This document shows, in pieces, positions 1 through 9,426 of a stretch of 29,814 nucleotides of DNA (position 1 is the stretch's first letter; every line of letters begins with the position of its first letter). This DNA is from Caedimonas varicaedens. GTDB taxonomy: Bacteria > Pseudomonadota > Alphaproteobacteria > Caedimonadales > Caedimonadaceae. Location of the stretch: positions 1-29,814 of the forward strand of contig BBVC01000067.1 of NCBI GenBank assembly GCA_001192655.1. The letters run 5' to 3'. Both the position numbers and the translations under genes were made by a program. Below the pieces are notes generated by a model. The model saw nothing but the letters and a program-made list of their open reading frames with translations. It had not been told where the DNA came from and ran no database searches.

Positions 1-17
1 TATGTTGTTAGCTATAT
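1..17. repeat. Left arm of a perfect 17-bp inverted repeat at the extreme ends of the window (TATGTTGTTAGCTATAT; partner at 29798-29814)
   Basis: The reverse complement of 29798-29814 (ATATAGCTAACAACATA) equals 1-17. The identity stops at position 18 / 29797. The stop codon of the truncated kinase ORF (12-14) lies inside the repeat. Confidence 0.9.
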
Positions 18-1064
18 AAAGCACGACTCTTCATATTCCCGGGTTAGCTTTATATCGTTTGCCAGAGATGTTTCCCCGTTGATCTGCAAGGCTGTATCAA
101 AAATTTCAGGGACAAAAACTTTTTCTGCCATACCTGAAACCTTACTGACTGTTTGCTGCATGGCGACAATATCCTTGATATGCTGAATGTGTTTGACAAG
201 ATTTTCAATTTCATGAGCAAAAGAATGATGTTCTTCCTTGATCACTTTCTCTAGCGTCGTTAAATATTCTGGGATGAGTTTCCCCTTGGGATCCTCAGTC
301 AAATAAGTTGCCAGTGAAGATATATTATCCCCGATCATATCAATAACCTTGAATAATTTCTGGGTATGATTCTTCTCAATTTTTTCCTGCAATAACCCCA
401 GAGAGACATTCGCGCTATTTAAAATATTCCCCACGTTATGAAGGATAGAAATAGCCACATCGGCCATTCCTGCCATGCGTGCTGATTCGACAAGCTGTTG
501 ATTCAGTGAGGCAACTTCTTTTTCAATTGCCTTACGTTTGGTAATATCAATGGCAATACCGCTCAACACTTTTCCTGGGTGCTCCATATGAGCTTTTATA
601 TAATACCAGCCGTACTCGTTTGTTTCAGCATTTTTGATGCGTGCTTCCCCCTCATATTCCAATTTCTCTCTTAAGGGGATTTCTTCTTTCCATTTCTGAA
701 AATAGGCTTGATTCTTTTCATGAACCAAATTGAAATATTCTTCAAAATTAAGCGTGGGTCTGGTGGGGTTAAGACCAAGCAAGAGACACAGTTCTTTCGA
801 AAAAGAAAATTTATCGCTCTCGTTATTATAACTCCAATATCCAAGGCGAGCGATATGCTGGGCATTTTCAAGTTTTTCATTGAGACCCATGAGTTCCCGT
901 GAAGACAGTTCCATGGAACGCTCAAGCATATAACGTTCTTGATCTGCTTCTGTATAGGCTGTACTGACAAACTCTATGAGCTTTTGCCATGCTTCCAGCT
1001 CAGAAGGAACGGCATCCTCCTTAAAACCTAAACGAGCAAGTTGTCTTGTTAACAATGTATGCAA
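12..1064 (-). CDS. Cytoplasmic PAS-domain sensor histidine kinase, 3'-truncated (H-box/DHp present, HATPase_c catalytic domain missing)
   Basis: No TM segments. PAS-like core (RLGYWSYN...WYYIKAHMEH...GIAIDITKRK). H-box AGMADVAISILHNVGNILNS. The ORF ends ...LTREYEESCFI-stop just where the ATP-binding domain should start, and the stop is supplied by the terminal repeat. Confidence 0.75.
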   Translation of the reverse strand: MHTLLTRQLARLGFKEDAVPSELEAWQKLIEFVSTAYTEADQERYMLERSMELSSRELMGLNEKLENAQHIARLGYWSYNNESDKFSFSKELCLLLGLNPTRPTLNFEEYFNLVHEKNQAYFQKWKEEIPLREKLEYEGEARIKNAETNEYGWYYIKAHMEHPGKVLSGIAIDITKRKAIEKEVASLNQQLVESARMAGMADVAISILHNVGNILNSANVSLGLLQEKIEKNHTQKLFKVIDMIGDNISSLATYLTEDPKGKLIPEYLTTLEKVIKEEHHSFAHEIENLVKHIQHIKDIVAMQQTVSKVSGMAEKVFVPEIFDTALQINGETSLANDIKLTREYEESCFI

Positions 1065-1135
1065 CTTTCAATACCTCGTATCGTTAAAATCTGTCAGGCA
1101 AATACTCTCCACGACCTATTAAACGCTGATTTGGT

Positions 1136-2296
1136 TTAATTTTCGTAAAATGTGGTCAGCGTCATCGTTTGATTGTGCAAGTCACATGCTCCCTTCGTAT
1201 GGGGGGAGAGCTCTCCGTAAGAATAGAAGCCAACCTGCTGGGTTCCCTTTGGAAGCATTTCAAGCATGGATTCTGTTTCTTCTTCTGTTCGTTCACCCAA
1301 AAGAAGCCTTCGGCCAACGCAACTTACACCCACAGCCAATACAGGATTGTCATTATGAGAACTATTCCCCTGACCATTCATTGTTTCAAGAGCTGTTTCT
1401 CCTGCAGCGCTGGCGCTTGAAACCAGTCGGTCAAAGTTTGCACGCATAAGCTGAGCAAGGTATCCTGTGGGAACATCACCGGCAAAAGTCAAGGATTGCT
1501 CTTTTTCATCAATAGCTAATATTGTTCGTACCAGCTGTTTTGCATCGTCCGTATCTTTACGGATAGCCAAAGGAAATAAAAGACCTGTGGCAGGCAACCC
1601 AGAAGCTCTATCCCCCAGGTATTCCTTATAAAACTCAAGCGCTGGACGTTCATCCAATTCATAAAGAATATTATCCTTTGAGTTAGTAATGCGGCGTTCA
1701 GGACCAAAGATATCCCATCCTCCCTTGGAAGCATGGCCAATTTTAATGGCGTCCCCGTAAAAACCTACAGCAACAACATTATGTGTATGAAGCTCTCCAT
1801 TATAGATAGACCAGGTTTTCTCAAACCGCTTTCCATCTCCGGCCAATCCCCCTGTAATAATAACCGACTTATTTTCGATGGTATTCAAACCTTTAACAAG
1901 CTCAGACCCATTAACGTTTAGTCCTGGTGACAACACAAAAATACCTGTAAGATCTTTTTTATCCAAGGCTTTGGCAATGCGCTCTCCCGCAGCGAATGAA
2001 TCTTCCGTATCTTTAATTTCAGTTTTAACAATTTTAAGAGGTGTTTTTTCAAATTTTATCAGCGCGACAGAAAGACTATTATCCATAATAGAACTGCCAA
2101 AAATTTCCCCGGCGCTTGAACATCCAATCATTTTGGAATGAGGATAACGTTGAGAAAGCTCTGTAATTGAACAACTATTTCCTATAAATTCAGGTGCTGC
2201 AAAAACTAAAATTAAGGTTTTTTCGGAATCCATATCGGGGAAAACATTATTTTTCCACCCTTTATTCTGGATATACTGTAGCGTTTTCATTTCCAT
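1136..2296 (-). CDS. FIST-domain signal-sensor protein (FIST_N + FIST_C)
   Basis: 386 aa. N-terminal pattern LILVFAAPEF...MIGCSSAGEI. C-terminal pattern GFYSYGELSP...LHNQTMTLTTF. Both are typical of FIST proteins. It lies immediately upstream of, and co-oriented with, the kinase. Confidence 0.8.
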   Translation of the reverse strand: MEMKTLQYIQNKGWKNNVFPDMDSEKTLILVFAAPEFIGNSCSITELSQRYPHSKMIGCSSAGEIFGSSIMDNSLSVALIKFEKTPLKIVKTEIKDTEDSFAAGERIAKALDKKDLTGIFVLSPGLNVNGSELVKGLNTIENKSVIITGGLAGDGKRFEKTWSIYNGELHTHNVVAVGFYGDAIKIGHASKGGWDIFGPERRITNSKDNILYELDERPALEFYKEYLGDRASGLPATGLLFPLAIRKDTDDAKQLVRTILAIDEKEQSLTFAGDVPTGYLAQLMRANFDRLVSSASAAGETALETMNGQGNSSHNDNPVLAVGVSCVGRRLLLGERTEEETESMLEMLPKGTQQVGFYSYGELSPHTKGACDLHNQTMTLTTFYEN

Positions 2297-2471
2297 CGAT
2301 TGATCTCCCTATTTTTTATTTTTAAAATACCTGTAAAATGACCACCTTTAAAGAACTTTTATGAAAGAGGGATGTTTAATCTGAGGACATTATAGTTTTT
2401 TATGGTTTACAATATGTTAAAAATATATAATGATCGGGCGTTAAGTATTTTTTAATAATTACAGATAAAAA

Positions 2472-3158
2472 ATGGACGCCCTTACACTTGCACAAATGTT
2501 ATGTTCTCGACTGTGTCACGATCTTATCACTCCTATAGGAGCCATCAGTAGCGGATTTGAAATCCTTGAGGACTGCGACGAAGAAGATCGAGCAAAGCTG
2601 ATGGATTTAACCCGTCGAAGCGCTGAAACAGCTTCACGTCGCCTTACTTTTTATCGGGCAGCCTTTGGTTATTCTCTGGCATCTCAGCATTCTACTTTCC
2701 TATCGATCAAGCAATTAATGGAAGGCTTTCTAACGCCTATCAAAATTCATCTAGAATGGCATTCTCTTGAAGCGCTGGATCAAAATAAACAATTCAACCA
2801 ACAATTGACTTCCTGGGGACGATTATTAATGAATATTGTTCTGACAGGGGCAGAAGGTATGCCTTATGGAGGTGAAATTCAGATTACAAGCACCCAAAAA
2901 AATCCTTGTTTTAAAATTAATTTCAAGGGAAGCTTTGTTAAAGTTCGTCCTGAGATTATGCAGATCCTTAAACAAAACTCTCAAGAAGAAACGGTACAGA
3001 CGCCTCTGGTTATCCAGGTCACTTTCGTAAAATTGTTGGCAAAACAACTTCAGGTCAATCTTGTACCTGATCAAATCAATAATGAGGAATTTCAAATTCA
3101 GGTTGTTGCTCAGCAAGCCAAAAACGATGCTTTCTCCTCTACCAATCATCATTATTAG
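2472..3158 (+). CDS. chpT: Histidine phosphotransferase ChpT (CckA-ChpT-CtrA phosphorelay)
   Basis: N-terminus LAQMLCSRLCHDLITPIGAISSGFEILED...RRLTFYRAAFGYS matches the ChpT signature (LCHDxISP..AI..G.ELLED ... R.AFG). Size is 228 aa. Confidence 0.8.
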   Translation: MDALTLAQMLCSRLCHDLITPIGAISSGFEILEDCDEEDRAKLMDLTRRSAETASRRLTFYRAAFGYSLASQHSTFLSIKQLMEGFLTPIKIHLEWHSLEALDQNKQFNQQLTSWGRLLMNIVLTGAEGMPYGGEIQITSTQKNPCFKINFKGSFVKVRPEIMQILKQNSQEETVQTPLVIQVTFVKLLAKQLQVNLVPDQINNEEFQIQVVAQQAKNDAFSSTNHHY

Positions 3159-3282
3159 TTTAAAATTTCTGACATCTTTCTTAAAGCTTTTATCTGGATT
3201 CCCCCATCGAAATCAAGAATCCCCACAAGTTTGCAGGGATCCTTTTTTATGGAAGAATATGATAAAGTCTTTGTTATTCAGC

Positions 3283-3657
3283 TCATTTGATTTCCTCTGC
3301 TACACATGTTGTCCCAACAGTATTATTTAAGAATGTTACTCTGTAATTTTTCTCAACACTTAAATGTTGACATTTATCACCTGACGTAAATGCACTGGTA
3401 TCACCTTTAATGGAATAATGAGATTTTCCCTTCAGATCAGAATTATCAACAATAAAAGTGAAATAATATTCAGCAGGAATTTCCTTGACGTAAGTAGCAA
3501 GGTTTTCTCCCATATTATCCCCTTCAGCCTTGATTCTCACTGTCAGGGCTTTTTTATTTTCATTGACTACATCTAATTTGCCTGCAAACGCAGAGGGAAC
3601 CACGAATAATACTGAAACAACACCTAGATAAGTAATAAACTGTGTTTTAATGCGCAT
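3283..3657 (-). CDS. Hypothetical small exported protein (signal peptide)
   Basis: N-terminus MRIKTQFITYLGVVSVLFVVPSAFA-GK looks like a Sec signal peptide. GGAG-type RBS upstream (aaaggagatt). No recognisable family. Confidence 0.5.
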   Translation of the reverse strand: MRIKTQFITYLGVVSVLFVVPSAFAGKLDVVNENKKALTVRIKAEGDNMGENLATYVKEIPAEYYFTFIVDNSDLKGKSHYSIKGDTSAFTSGDKCQHLSVEKNYRVTFLNNTVGTTCVAEEIK

Positions 3658-3730
3658 GAATAATCTCCTTTTTATGTTTAATCGCTCTCTAAAGAATCTC
3701 TTGCGCCAAGTATGCGAAGAAAAATAAATC

Positions 3731-3979
3731 TTATTCTACCCTGGCAACTTCCTTAGAAACATCGATGGCCGTCTGGTAATCTTTCTCCTTAAGTCTGCTG
3801 AGAACACGCAAAACATCTTCAGGAGCGTTGTTGCTTTTTGCTTGTTGGATGATCTCCTCTTTTTCGGCTGGGAATGAAACACCCTTCAGGTATCGCTCTA
3901 TCATCGCAGCACTTTCTTTTTCAGAGTTTTCAGATCTCTCTTCATTTAGCTTTCTTCCACCTTCTGCTGTTCCAGTCAT
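3731..3979 (-). CDS. DUF2795-family small protein
   Basis: The C-terminal part YLKGVSFPAEKEEIIQQAKSNNAPEDVLRVLSRL..KDYQTAIDVSKEV fits the DUF2795 pattern. I chose the ATG at 3979 (AGGAGA 5 nt upstream) rather than the GTG at 4036 from the ORF track. Confidence 0.65.
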   Translation of the reverse strand: MTGTAEGGRKLNEERSENSEKESAAMIERYLKGVSFPAEKEEIIQQAKSNNAPEDVLRVLSRLKEKDYQTAIDVSKEVARVE

Positions 3980-4135
3980 GACACTCTCCTTGCATTTGTT
4001 ACGAGGATTACTACGTGTAACCTCTGCTATTTTCACAGTATTAGCTTCGTCATAACAAGTTTAATATTCTTTCATTTTTCAACAGCTTTCAGAAGAAATC
4101 AGATTTAGGGCTCAGGCTTCTTTGAGGAGAATGAA

Positions 4136-4906
4136 CTATTTGTCAGAGGCACGAGCCCCTGCCCTTTTTATCCCTTGATGAATTGCGGCAATCCCTGCGG
4201 AAAGATTGTGAAACTTGACGTTGTCAAAGCCTGCAGCTCGAACTTCTTTCTCAAGTTGTGCCTGATCTGGGAATTGTGAAATACTTTCAACGAGATATTG
4301 ATAAGCATCTCTATCTTGGGCTATCCATGCACCCAATCGGGGAATAAGAGAAAAGCTGTAAAAGTGATAAAGCTCTTTTAATCCGGGGAGTTGAACTTTA
4401 GAAAATTCGAGACAAAAAAATTGCCCCCCCGGTTTTAGAACGCGAAAGGCTTCCTCAAGGGCTTTTATACGAAAGGTCACATTCCGAAGACCAAAAGAAA
4501 TTGAATAAAAATCAAAACTTGCGTCCTCAAAAGGCAGAGCGCTGGCATCCCCACACACCCATTTCAGACGTTTTGTTATGCCTCGATCTAAGGCGCGGTC
4601 TCGTCCCTGCTCAATCATGCCTGGATTTATATCACAGATGGTAACAGAGCCCTGGGGGCATGCTTCAAGAAATCGAAAGGCAATATCTCCTGTTCCACCC
4701 GCAACATCCAGAAGATGAATTTCACCCACGGGGTTCATCATGCGAATAAATTGATCTTTCCAGAGACGATGAATCCCCGTACTCATAACGTCGTTCATCA
4801 GATCATATCGACGAGCAACACGATGAAAAACATCTGTAACGCGGCGTGTTTTTTCAGAGGAAGAAACTTCTTGAAAACCAAAATTCGTCTGTTTAAATTC
4901 TTCCAT
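4136..4906 (-). CDS. ubiE: Ubiquinone/menaquinone biosynthesis C-methyltransferase UbiE
   Basis: FGFQEVSSSEKTRRVTDVFHRVARRYDLMNDVMSTGIHRLWKD, the SAM motif LDVAGGTGD, and ISFGLRNV are classic UbiE/MenG features. Confidence 0.9.
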   Translation of the reverse strand: MEEFKQTNFGFQEVSSSEKTRRVTDVFHRVARRYDLMNDVMSTGIHRLWKDQFIRMMNPVGEIHLLDVAGGTGDIAFRFLEACPQGSVTICDINPGMIEQGRDRALDRGITKRLKWVCGDASALPFEDASFDFYSISFGLRNVTFRIKALEEAFRVLKPGGQFFCLEFSKVQLPGLKELYHFYSFSLIPRLGAWIAQDRDAYQYLVESISQFPDQAQLEKEVRAAGFDNVKFHNLSAGIAAIHQGIKRAGARASDK

Positions 4907-5061
4907 GAATGTTCCTTCGGAAATGAAGTGCTGTCAAACAGGATAGGGCAAAGAAACGCTTCTGGCTAGAGGATTAACATCACAGGAGAGGCTTGAAGAA
5001 ATGGTTTGGCATTGGTTCATATGTCCTTTAAAGTGCAAAAGAGTAATTTTTGGAGAAAAAA

Positions 5062-6027
5062 ATGGTCTTATCTAAAGAACAGCATGAGGAACTGGAAGAA
5101 ACCCGCGCTCATCAATATCCTACCCATCGAGCAACTGTTTCTGCGCTTGAAGAAATTCTTTATAAACCTCTCCCTGTTCTTGATCGAGGATTTGTTCGAG
5201 TTATTGATTATATGGGTGATGATACAGCCATTGTACAATCCGCAAGGGTCTCGTATGGCAAGGGGACAAAGCATATCCAGAAAGATCAGGGGCTCATTAA
5301 CTATCTGATGCGTCATTGGCATACGACACCCTTTGAAATGTGTGAAATCAAATATCATATTAAGCTTCCTATTTTTATTGCGCGCCAGTGGATTCGCCAT
5401 CGCACTGCCAATGTCAATGAATATTCAGCGCGCTATTCTATCTTGGGAAAAGAATTTTATATTCCAGCACCCGAACATTTGGCAGCGCAATCTGTTCAAA
5501 ACAACCAGGGACGCGGCGATCAGCTAAATCCTGAGGAAGCGCACAAAGTAATGAAAATTTTACGGGAAGATGCCGAACGCGTTTACCAGCATTACGAAGA
5601 AATGATGAACCTCAATGAGCAAGGCGATATTCTTGACCCTGAGCGTTCTGGATTGGCCCGTGAACTTGCCCGAATGAATTTGACACTTAATTACTATACT
5701 GAGTGGTATTGGAAAATAGATTTACATAATCTTTTCCACTTTCTAAGATTGCGCGCAGATCATCATGCGCAGTATGAAATTCGGGCTTATGCAGATGTTA
5801 TGCTTGAAACTGTCAAACGTTGGGTTCCCTTGGCCTATGAAGCGTTTGTGGAATACCGTCAACAAGGTGGACAGTTATCTCAAACAGCTCTCAGGGTCGT
5901 ACGCAGTTTTATTCAGGGTCAACCGGTCACGCGGACTCAAAGTGGGATGAGTCTTCGCGAATGGAAAGAACTTGAAAGTATTTTAGGAATAATATTAGAA
6001 GAAAAAACTGATAAAACTGTTGCATAA
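5062..6027 (+). CDS. thyX: FAD-dependent thymidylate synthase ThyX
   Basis: ThyX motif [15 protein letters not shown] (RHRxxSxxxxSxRY type) and overall ThyX-like sequence. The ATG at 5062 follows GGAG; the ORF-track start at 5050 is a TTG. Confidence 0.88.
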   Translation: MVLSKEQHEELEETRAHQYPTHRATVSALEEILYKPLPVLDRGFVRVIDYMGDDTAIVQSARVSYGKGTKHIQKDQGLINYLMRHWHTTPFEMCEIKYHIKLPIFIARQWIRHRTANVNEYSARYSILGKEFYIPAPEHLAAQSVQNNQGRGDQLNPEEAHKVMKILREDAERVYQHYEEMMNLNEQGDILDPERSGLARELARMNLTLNYYTEWYWKIDLHNLFHFLRLRADHHAQYEIRAYADVMLETVKRWVPLAYEAFVEYRQQGGQLSQTALRVVRSFIQGQPVTRTQSGMSLREWKELESILGIILEEKTDKTVA

Positions 6028-6119
6028 ATTATCAGAATTTTAACTATTTTAAAGTTATACCAATAGTGTAAAGCTATAAATGGACAATAAATAAAAATAA
6101 ATCCAGGGGGTATAACTTC

Positions 6120-6368
6120 ATGATTAAAAATAATCGCCAATCTGTCCTTAATTTGGCTGAGATGGATGCTGCGATCATCATCAAGGAAGACGGAACGCTG
6201 GAAGCATCGCTCCCTGAGATTACCACAGACACTGTCCCTGAAAATGTTTTTACAGGCGCAGCACTTGTTTATGCCCTAAGTAATCCTGAAATTTGTCAAA
6301 TGATCTATAGGAATTTTGCCCAAGAGTGCGTACGCCGTAAAAGCGTGTCATCTTCGGTTATCCATTAA
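6120..6368 (+). CDS. Hypothetical small protein (82 aa)
   Basis: ORF preceded by a GGGGG RBS-like tract. No family recognised. Confidence 0.35.
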   Translation: MIKNNRQSVLNLAEMDAAIIIKEDGTLEASLPEITTDTVPENVFTGAALVYALSNPEICQMIYRNFAQECVRRKSVSSSVIH

Positions 6369-6409
6369 CTTTTAAAGATATATACCATTACCAAATTAGG
6401 GTTGAATGG

Positions 6410-7168
6410 CTAACCATAAATTTTTACACGGTAAATTTCCCTGAATCCCAATTTTTGATAAAGAGAAACGCCCTTACGAGAAGACTCAAGACAACACCAG
6501 CTGTATCCCAGATTTTTTGCTTTTGTCATGGCACAACGCACCATTTCTGCACCAAATCCCTGACGCAAAAAAGCTGTTCTTGTGGCAAGGTTATCAATTC
6601 TTGCGCCATAGGAACTGACAGAAAGAGTCACTGATGATACAGGCTCATTCTCATGATAAGCAACGAAATGATAAAAATCAGCTTCTTTTGAACGAAAGTT
6701 TTGGTTGAGAGCAACAAATTGGGCGCAATTTTCAGCAGTAGACTCAAACCCTTCCAAAAGAGATTTGCCCCAGTCCTGAAAATCATGGAGACTGAATACC
6801 TCTTTGATAGACAGGCGACTTTTTGTCGGAGAATAATTTTTGAGATCACACACCATCACAGGAGCAGATTCCAATCCCACAAAGCCGTGACTTTTTAAAA
6901 GATAGCCTATATTGCCAGGTTGATCCAAAGGATTAACACACCATGTCCAAGGAACTTGATGAGAAGAAAAAAAATTTCTTGCCATATAAATTCTCTCTTC
7001 TAATTGGTCTTCCCCAACATTGACATGAAGAACAGTATTGAGGAAGTTATTGTCAATTCCTGTCACGATACAAAGAATTCCCGCGTCCTGATAGATATCT
7101 ACCGCTATGGATTTAAAAAACACTTCGGCAGTTGACTGTATCTCTCGGATGAATTTTTCTGCAGTCAT
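6410..7168 (-). CDS. GNAT-family N-acetyltransferase
   Basis: The C-terminal acetyl-CoA-binding region LATRTAFLRQGFGAEMVRCAMTKAKNLGYSWCCLESSRKGVSLYQKLGF is GNAT-like. Confidence 0.7.
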   Translation of the reverse strand: MTAEKFIREIQSTAEVFFKSIAVDIYQDAGILCIVTGIDNNFLNTVLHVNVGEDQLEERIYMARNFFSSHQVPWTWCVNPLDQPGNIGYLLKSHGFVGLESAPVMVCDLKNYSPTKSRLSIKEVFSLHDFQDWGKSLLEGFESTAENCAQFVALNQNFRSKEADFYHFVAYHENEPVSSVTLSVSSYGARIDNLATRTAFLRQGFGAEMVRCAMTKAKNLGYSWCCLESSRKGVSLYQKLGFREIYRVKIYG

Positions 7169-7181
7169 TTTTGAAGTCTGT

Positions 7182-7955
7182 CTAAAAATAAACCGTTAAA
7201 CCATCATAAGCTGGCTCGATATGAGACGGCAAAGATTCAAGAGTTTTTTTATAATCAAGCGTTGTATTCATATGAGTCAAAATTGCTTTTTTAGGCTGAA
7301 CTTTTTCAATCCATCCAAGGGCTTCCTGAAGACTCAGATGTGTAGGACGCGGATCAATGCTCAAACAATCGATAATCCATAAGTGAATACCCTGCAAACA
7401 GTGTAGGGCTTGTTCGTCGAGGCTGCTGAAATCCGTGGAATAAGCCATATTCCCTATCCTGAAACCTGTTGATAATCCATCCTTGCCATGTCTTTGCGGA
7501 AAAGAAACAATCTCTGTGTCCCCTATAGTGAATTTTCCTTCTATGATATTTGGTTCAAGAACTGCAGGATAAATCTCAAGAACGCCCTGATGGAAAAGAT
7601 AGGAAAAAGTTCTCTGTAAATCATGAACCGTCTTCTCTGCCCCATAAATAGGGATTTTCTTTTTTCCCTTGTGAAAAAAGAGCGTTCTTAATTCATCAAT
7701 GCCATGAGTATGATCGGCATGAGCGTGCGTATAGAGAACAGCATCTATATCTATAATTTGATTTTTGAGCATTTGAAGCCGCAGGTCAGGCGAGGTATCA
7801 ATCAGAATTTTTGTCCCCCTGATTTCCACATAGGCAGAAGAACGCGTACGAAAATTTCTGGGATCAGAGGGATCACAGGCTCCCCAATAATTATTTGCCG
7901 CAGGAACTCCTGCTGACGCCCCACATCCTAAAATAATCAATTTATTGTCAGGCAT
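7182..7955 (-). CDS. MBL-fold metallo-hydrolase (PhnP-like)
   Basis: Metal-binding motif YTHAHADHTHGIDEL. N-terminus IILGCGASAGVP. It overlaps the tatD stop by 8 nt, and a tatD-MBL pairing is common in Alphaproteobacteria. Confidence 0.8.
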   Translation of the reverse strand: MPDNKLIILGCGASAGVPAANNYWGACDPSDPRNFRTRSSAYVEIRGTKILIDTSPDLRLQMLKNQIIDIDAVLYTHAHADHTHGIDELRTLFFHKGKKKIPIYGAEKTVHDLQRTFSYLFHQGVLEIYPAVLEPNIIEGKFTIGDTEIVSFPQRHGKDGLSTGFRIGNMAYSTDFSSLDEQALHCLQGIHLWIIDCLSIDPRPTHLSLQEALGWIEKVQPKKAILTHMNTTLDYKKTLESLPSHIEPAYDGLTVYF

Positions 7956-8742
7956 GAGAGGCTTTTGAAAAAAGAGTGAAAAAGTTTGTGGTCGTTATGG
8001 CTGCCAGTTCTTCAATCGAAACTTCTTTAAGATCCGCTACCAATTGAGCGGTATGGACCATCAAAGCTGGCTCGTTGCGTTGACCACGATGAGGGATGGG
8101 CGCTAAAAAAGGTGCATCTGTTTCCAAAAGAATTCTCTCAAGGGGAATTGTTTTGATAACTTGTCTGAGATCTTCAGCTTTCTTAAAGGTTGCAATGCCT
8201 GAAATAGAAATATAATAGCCAAGCACAAGCGCTTCATCAGCCAAATGTTGCGTACCGGTAAAACAATGGATAACTCCCGTGGCTTTTGGATACTTTTTAA
8301 GCAGAGCAATCGTTTCATTTTCCGCGTCGCGCGTGTGAATACTCAGGGGAAGATTCACTTCAATCGAGGTTTCAATATGAGTTTGAAATGACAATAATTG
8401 CTTGGCGCGAGGGCTATGTTCATAATAAAAATCAAGGCCTGTTTCTCCAATTCCAATCACTTTAGCATGACTTGCGTGTTCCCTGATCCAGCCACTTAGT
8501 TGAGAAATATTGAAATCCTTTAGAGTTGCTTCGGCTTCATGAGGGTGAATCCCTACCGTTGCAAAAATATTCCCATATTTTTGCACAATCGGAAGAATAT
8601 CTTTCATTTCATCTATTTTTGTACAAATAGACAGAATTGTATGAATGCCACGTTCCTGCGCTGCATGAATAACGTGTTCAACGTCTGTGCTGAAATCCTG
8701 AAAATTCAAATGGCAATGGGTATCAACAAAACTGGATATCAC
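7948..8742 (-). CDS. tatD: TatD-family metal-dependent hydrolase/DNase
   Basis: N-terminus FVDTHCHLNF, plus GIGETGLDFYY, SIHTRDA and LETDAPFL motifs. Confidence 0.88.
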   Translation of the reverse strand: MISSFVDTHCHLNFQDFSTDVEHVIHAAQERGIHTILSICTKIDEMKDILPIVQKYGNIFATVGIHPHEAEATLKDFNISQLSGWIREHASHAKVIGIGETGLDFYYEHSPRAKQLLSFQTHIETSIEVNLPLSIHTRDAENETIALLKKYPKATGVIHCFTGTQHLADEALVLGYYISISGIATFKKAEDLRQVIKTIPLERILLETDAPFLAPIPHRGQRNEPALMVHTAQLVADLKEVSIEELAAITTTNFFTLFSKASHA

Positions 8743-8893
8743 GGGCGATTGTCCTTGGTTAATATAAGCTACTTAATTATAGTAGAAATTAAAGTTTAAA
8801 AAAGAGGAAAGCTTTATCAACATTTCTCCTGTCCAGTCATTTTTTCAGAATAAACTGGGATTTGATAGCACGTTATCATGTCCTTTTGAATAT

Positions 8894-9151
8894 TTAATCA
8901 TAGTGATAACGGGTTGACAAAATAATCAGATCATCATGAGCAATTTTATAGACAAGACGATGTTCTGATGTAATGCGGCGTGACCAATATCCTGAAAGCT
9001 CATAACGCAAAGGCTCAGGTTTTCCTATCCCCTCAAAAGGAGCGCGCATGATTTCTTTTATCATGGCGTTTATTTTTTTAAGGATGCTCTTGTTATAGGC
9101 CTGCCAGTATAAATAGCTCTTCCAAGCCTCATCCGTAAAAATAAGATTCAT
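8894..9151 (-). CDS. yoeB: YoeB/Txe-family type II toxin (mRNA interferase)
   Basis: 85 aa. FTDEAWKSYLYWQ...GIGKPEPLRYELSGYWSRRITSEHRLVYKI...ILSTRYHY is a very typical YoeB sequence. ATGA overlap with the upstream antitoxin. Confidence 0.9.
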   Translation of the reverse strand: MNLIFTDEAWKSYLYWQAYNKSILKKINAMIKEIMRAPFEGIGKPEPLRYELSGYWSRRITSEHRLVYKIAHDDLIILSTRYHYD

Positions 9152-9402
9152 TCTTCTATTAAATCTTTTTGAGAAAGTTTCCCCTGCTTCAAACTTTGAA
9201 GAGAACGCCTTAAATGCTGCGCATTGGCTTTATTTCCCAGAAGATAGGCTGTTTCTGCAAGGGATTCATAGTCCTGAAGGGACAGAAGGATCATATCTTT
9301 GCCGTGGGGTCTTTTGATAATCACAGGCTCATGGTTTCCTATAGAAGTGTCCATCACCTGCCGAAGGTTTTTTCTTAAATCTGTAAAAGTAACAACATTC
9401 AT
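9148..9402 (-). CDS. yefM: YefM/Phd-family type II antitoxin
   Basis: 84 aa. Contains FTDLRKNLRQVMD...EPVIIKRPHGKDMILLSLQDYESLAETAYLL. Located immediately upstream of yoeB. Confidence 0.88.
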   Translation of the reverse strand: MNVVTFTDLRKNLRQVMDTSIGNHEPVIIKRPHGKDMILLSLQDYESLAETAYLLGNKANAQHLRRSLQSLKQGKLSQKDLIEE

Positions 9403-9426
9403 ATCAATCCCATAAGGTTATTAAAT

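Noticed and set aside
671-970. ORF-track entries nested inside or antisense to larger, clearly homologous genes. Examples: 671-970, 708-902, 1150-1449, 1516-1740, 2826-3152, 5068-5400, 8103-8318, 10045-10263, 11813-12217, 18235-18462, 19914-20144, 23108-23341, 23456-23776, 24935-25249, 25089-25343.
   Set aside because: All overlap a longer ORF that has unmistakable family motifs on the other strand or frame. They have low-complexity or odd composition and no RBS context, so they are typical shadow ORFs.
3219-3248. Possible chpT terminator: ATCCC ... GGGAT followed by CCTTTTTT.
   Set aside because: It has only a 5-bp stem with a 12-nt loop, which is too weak to call.
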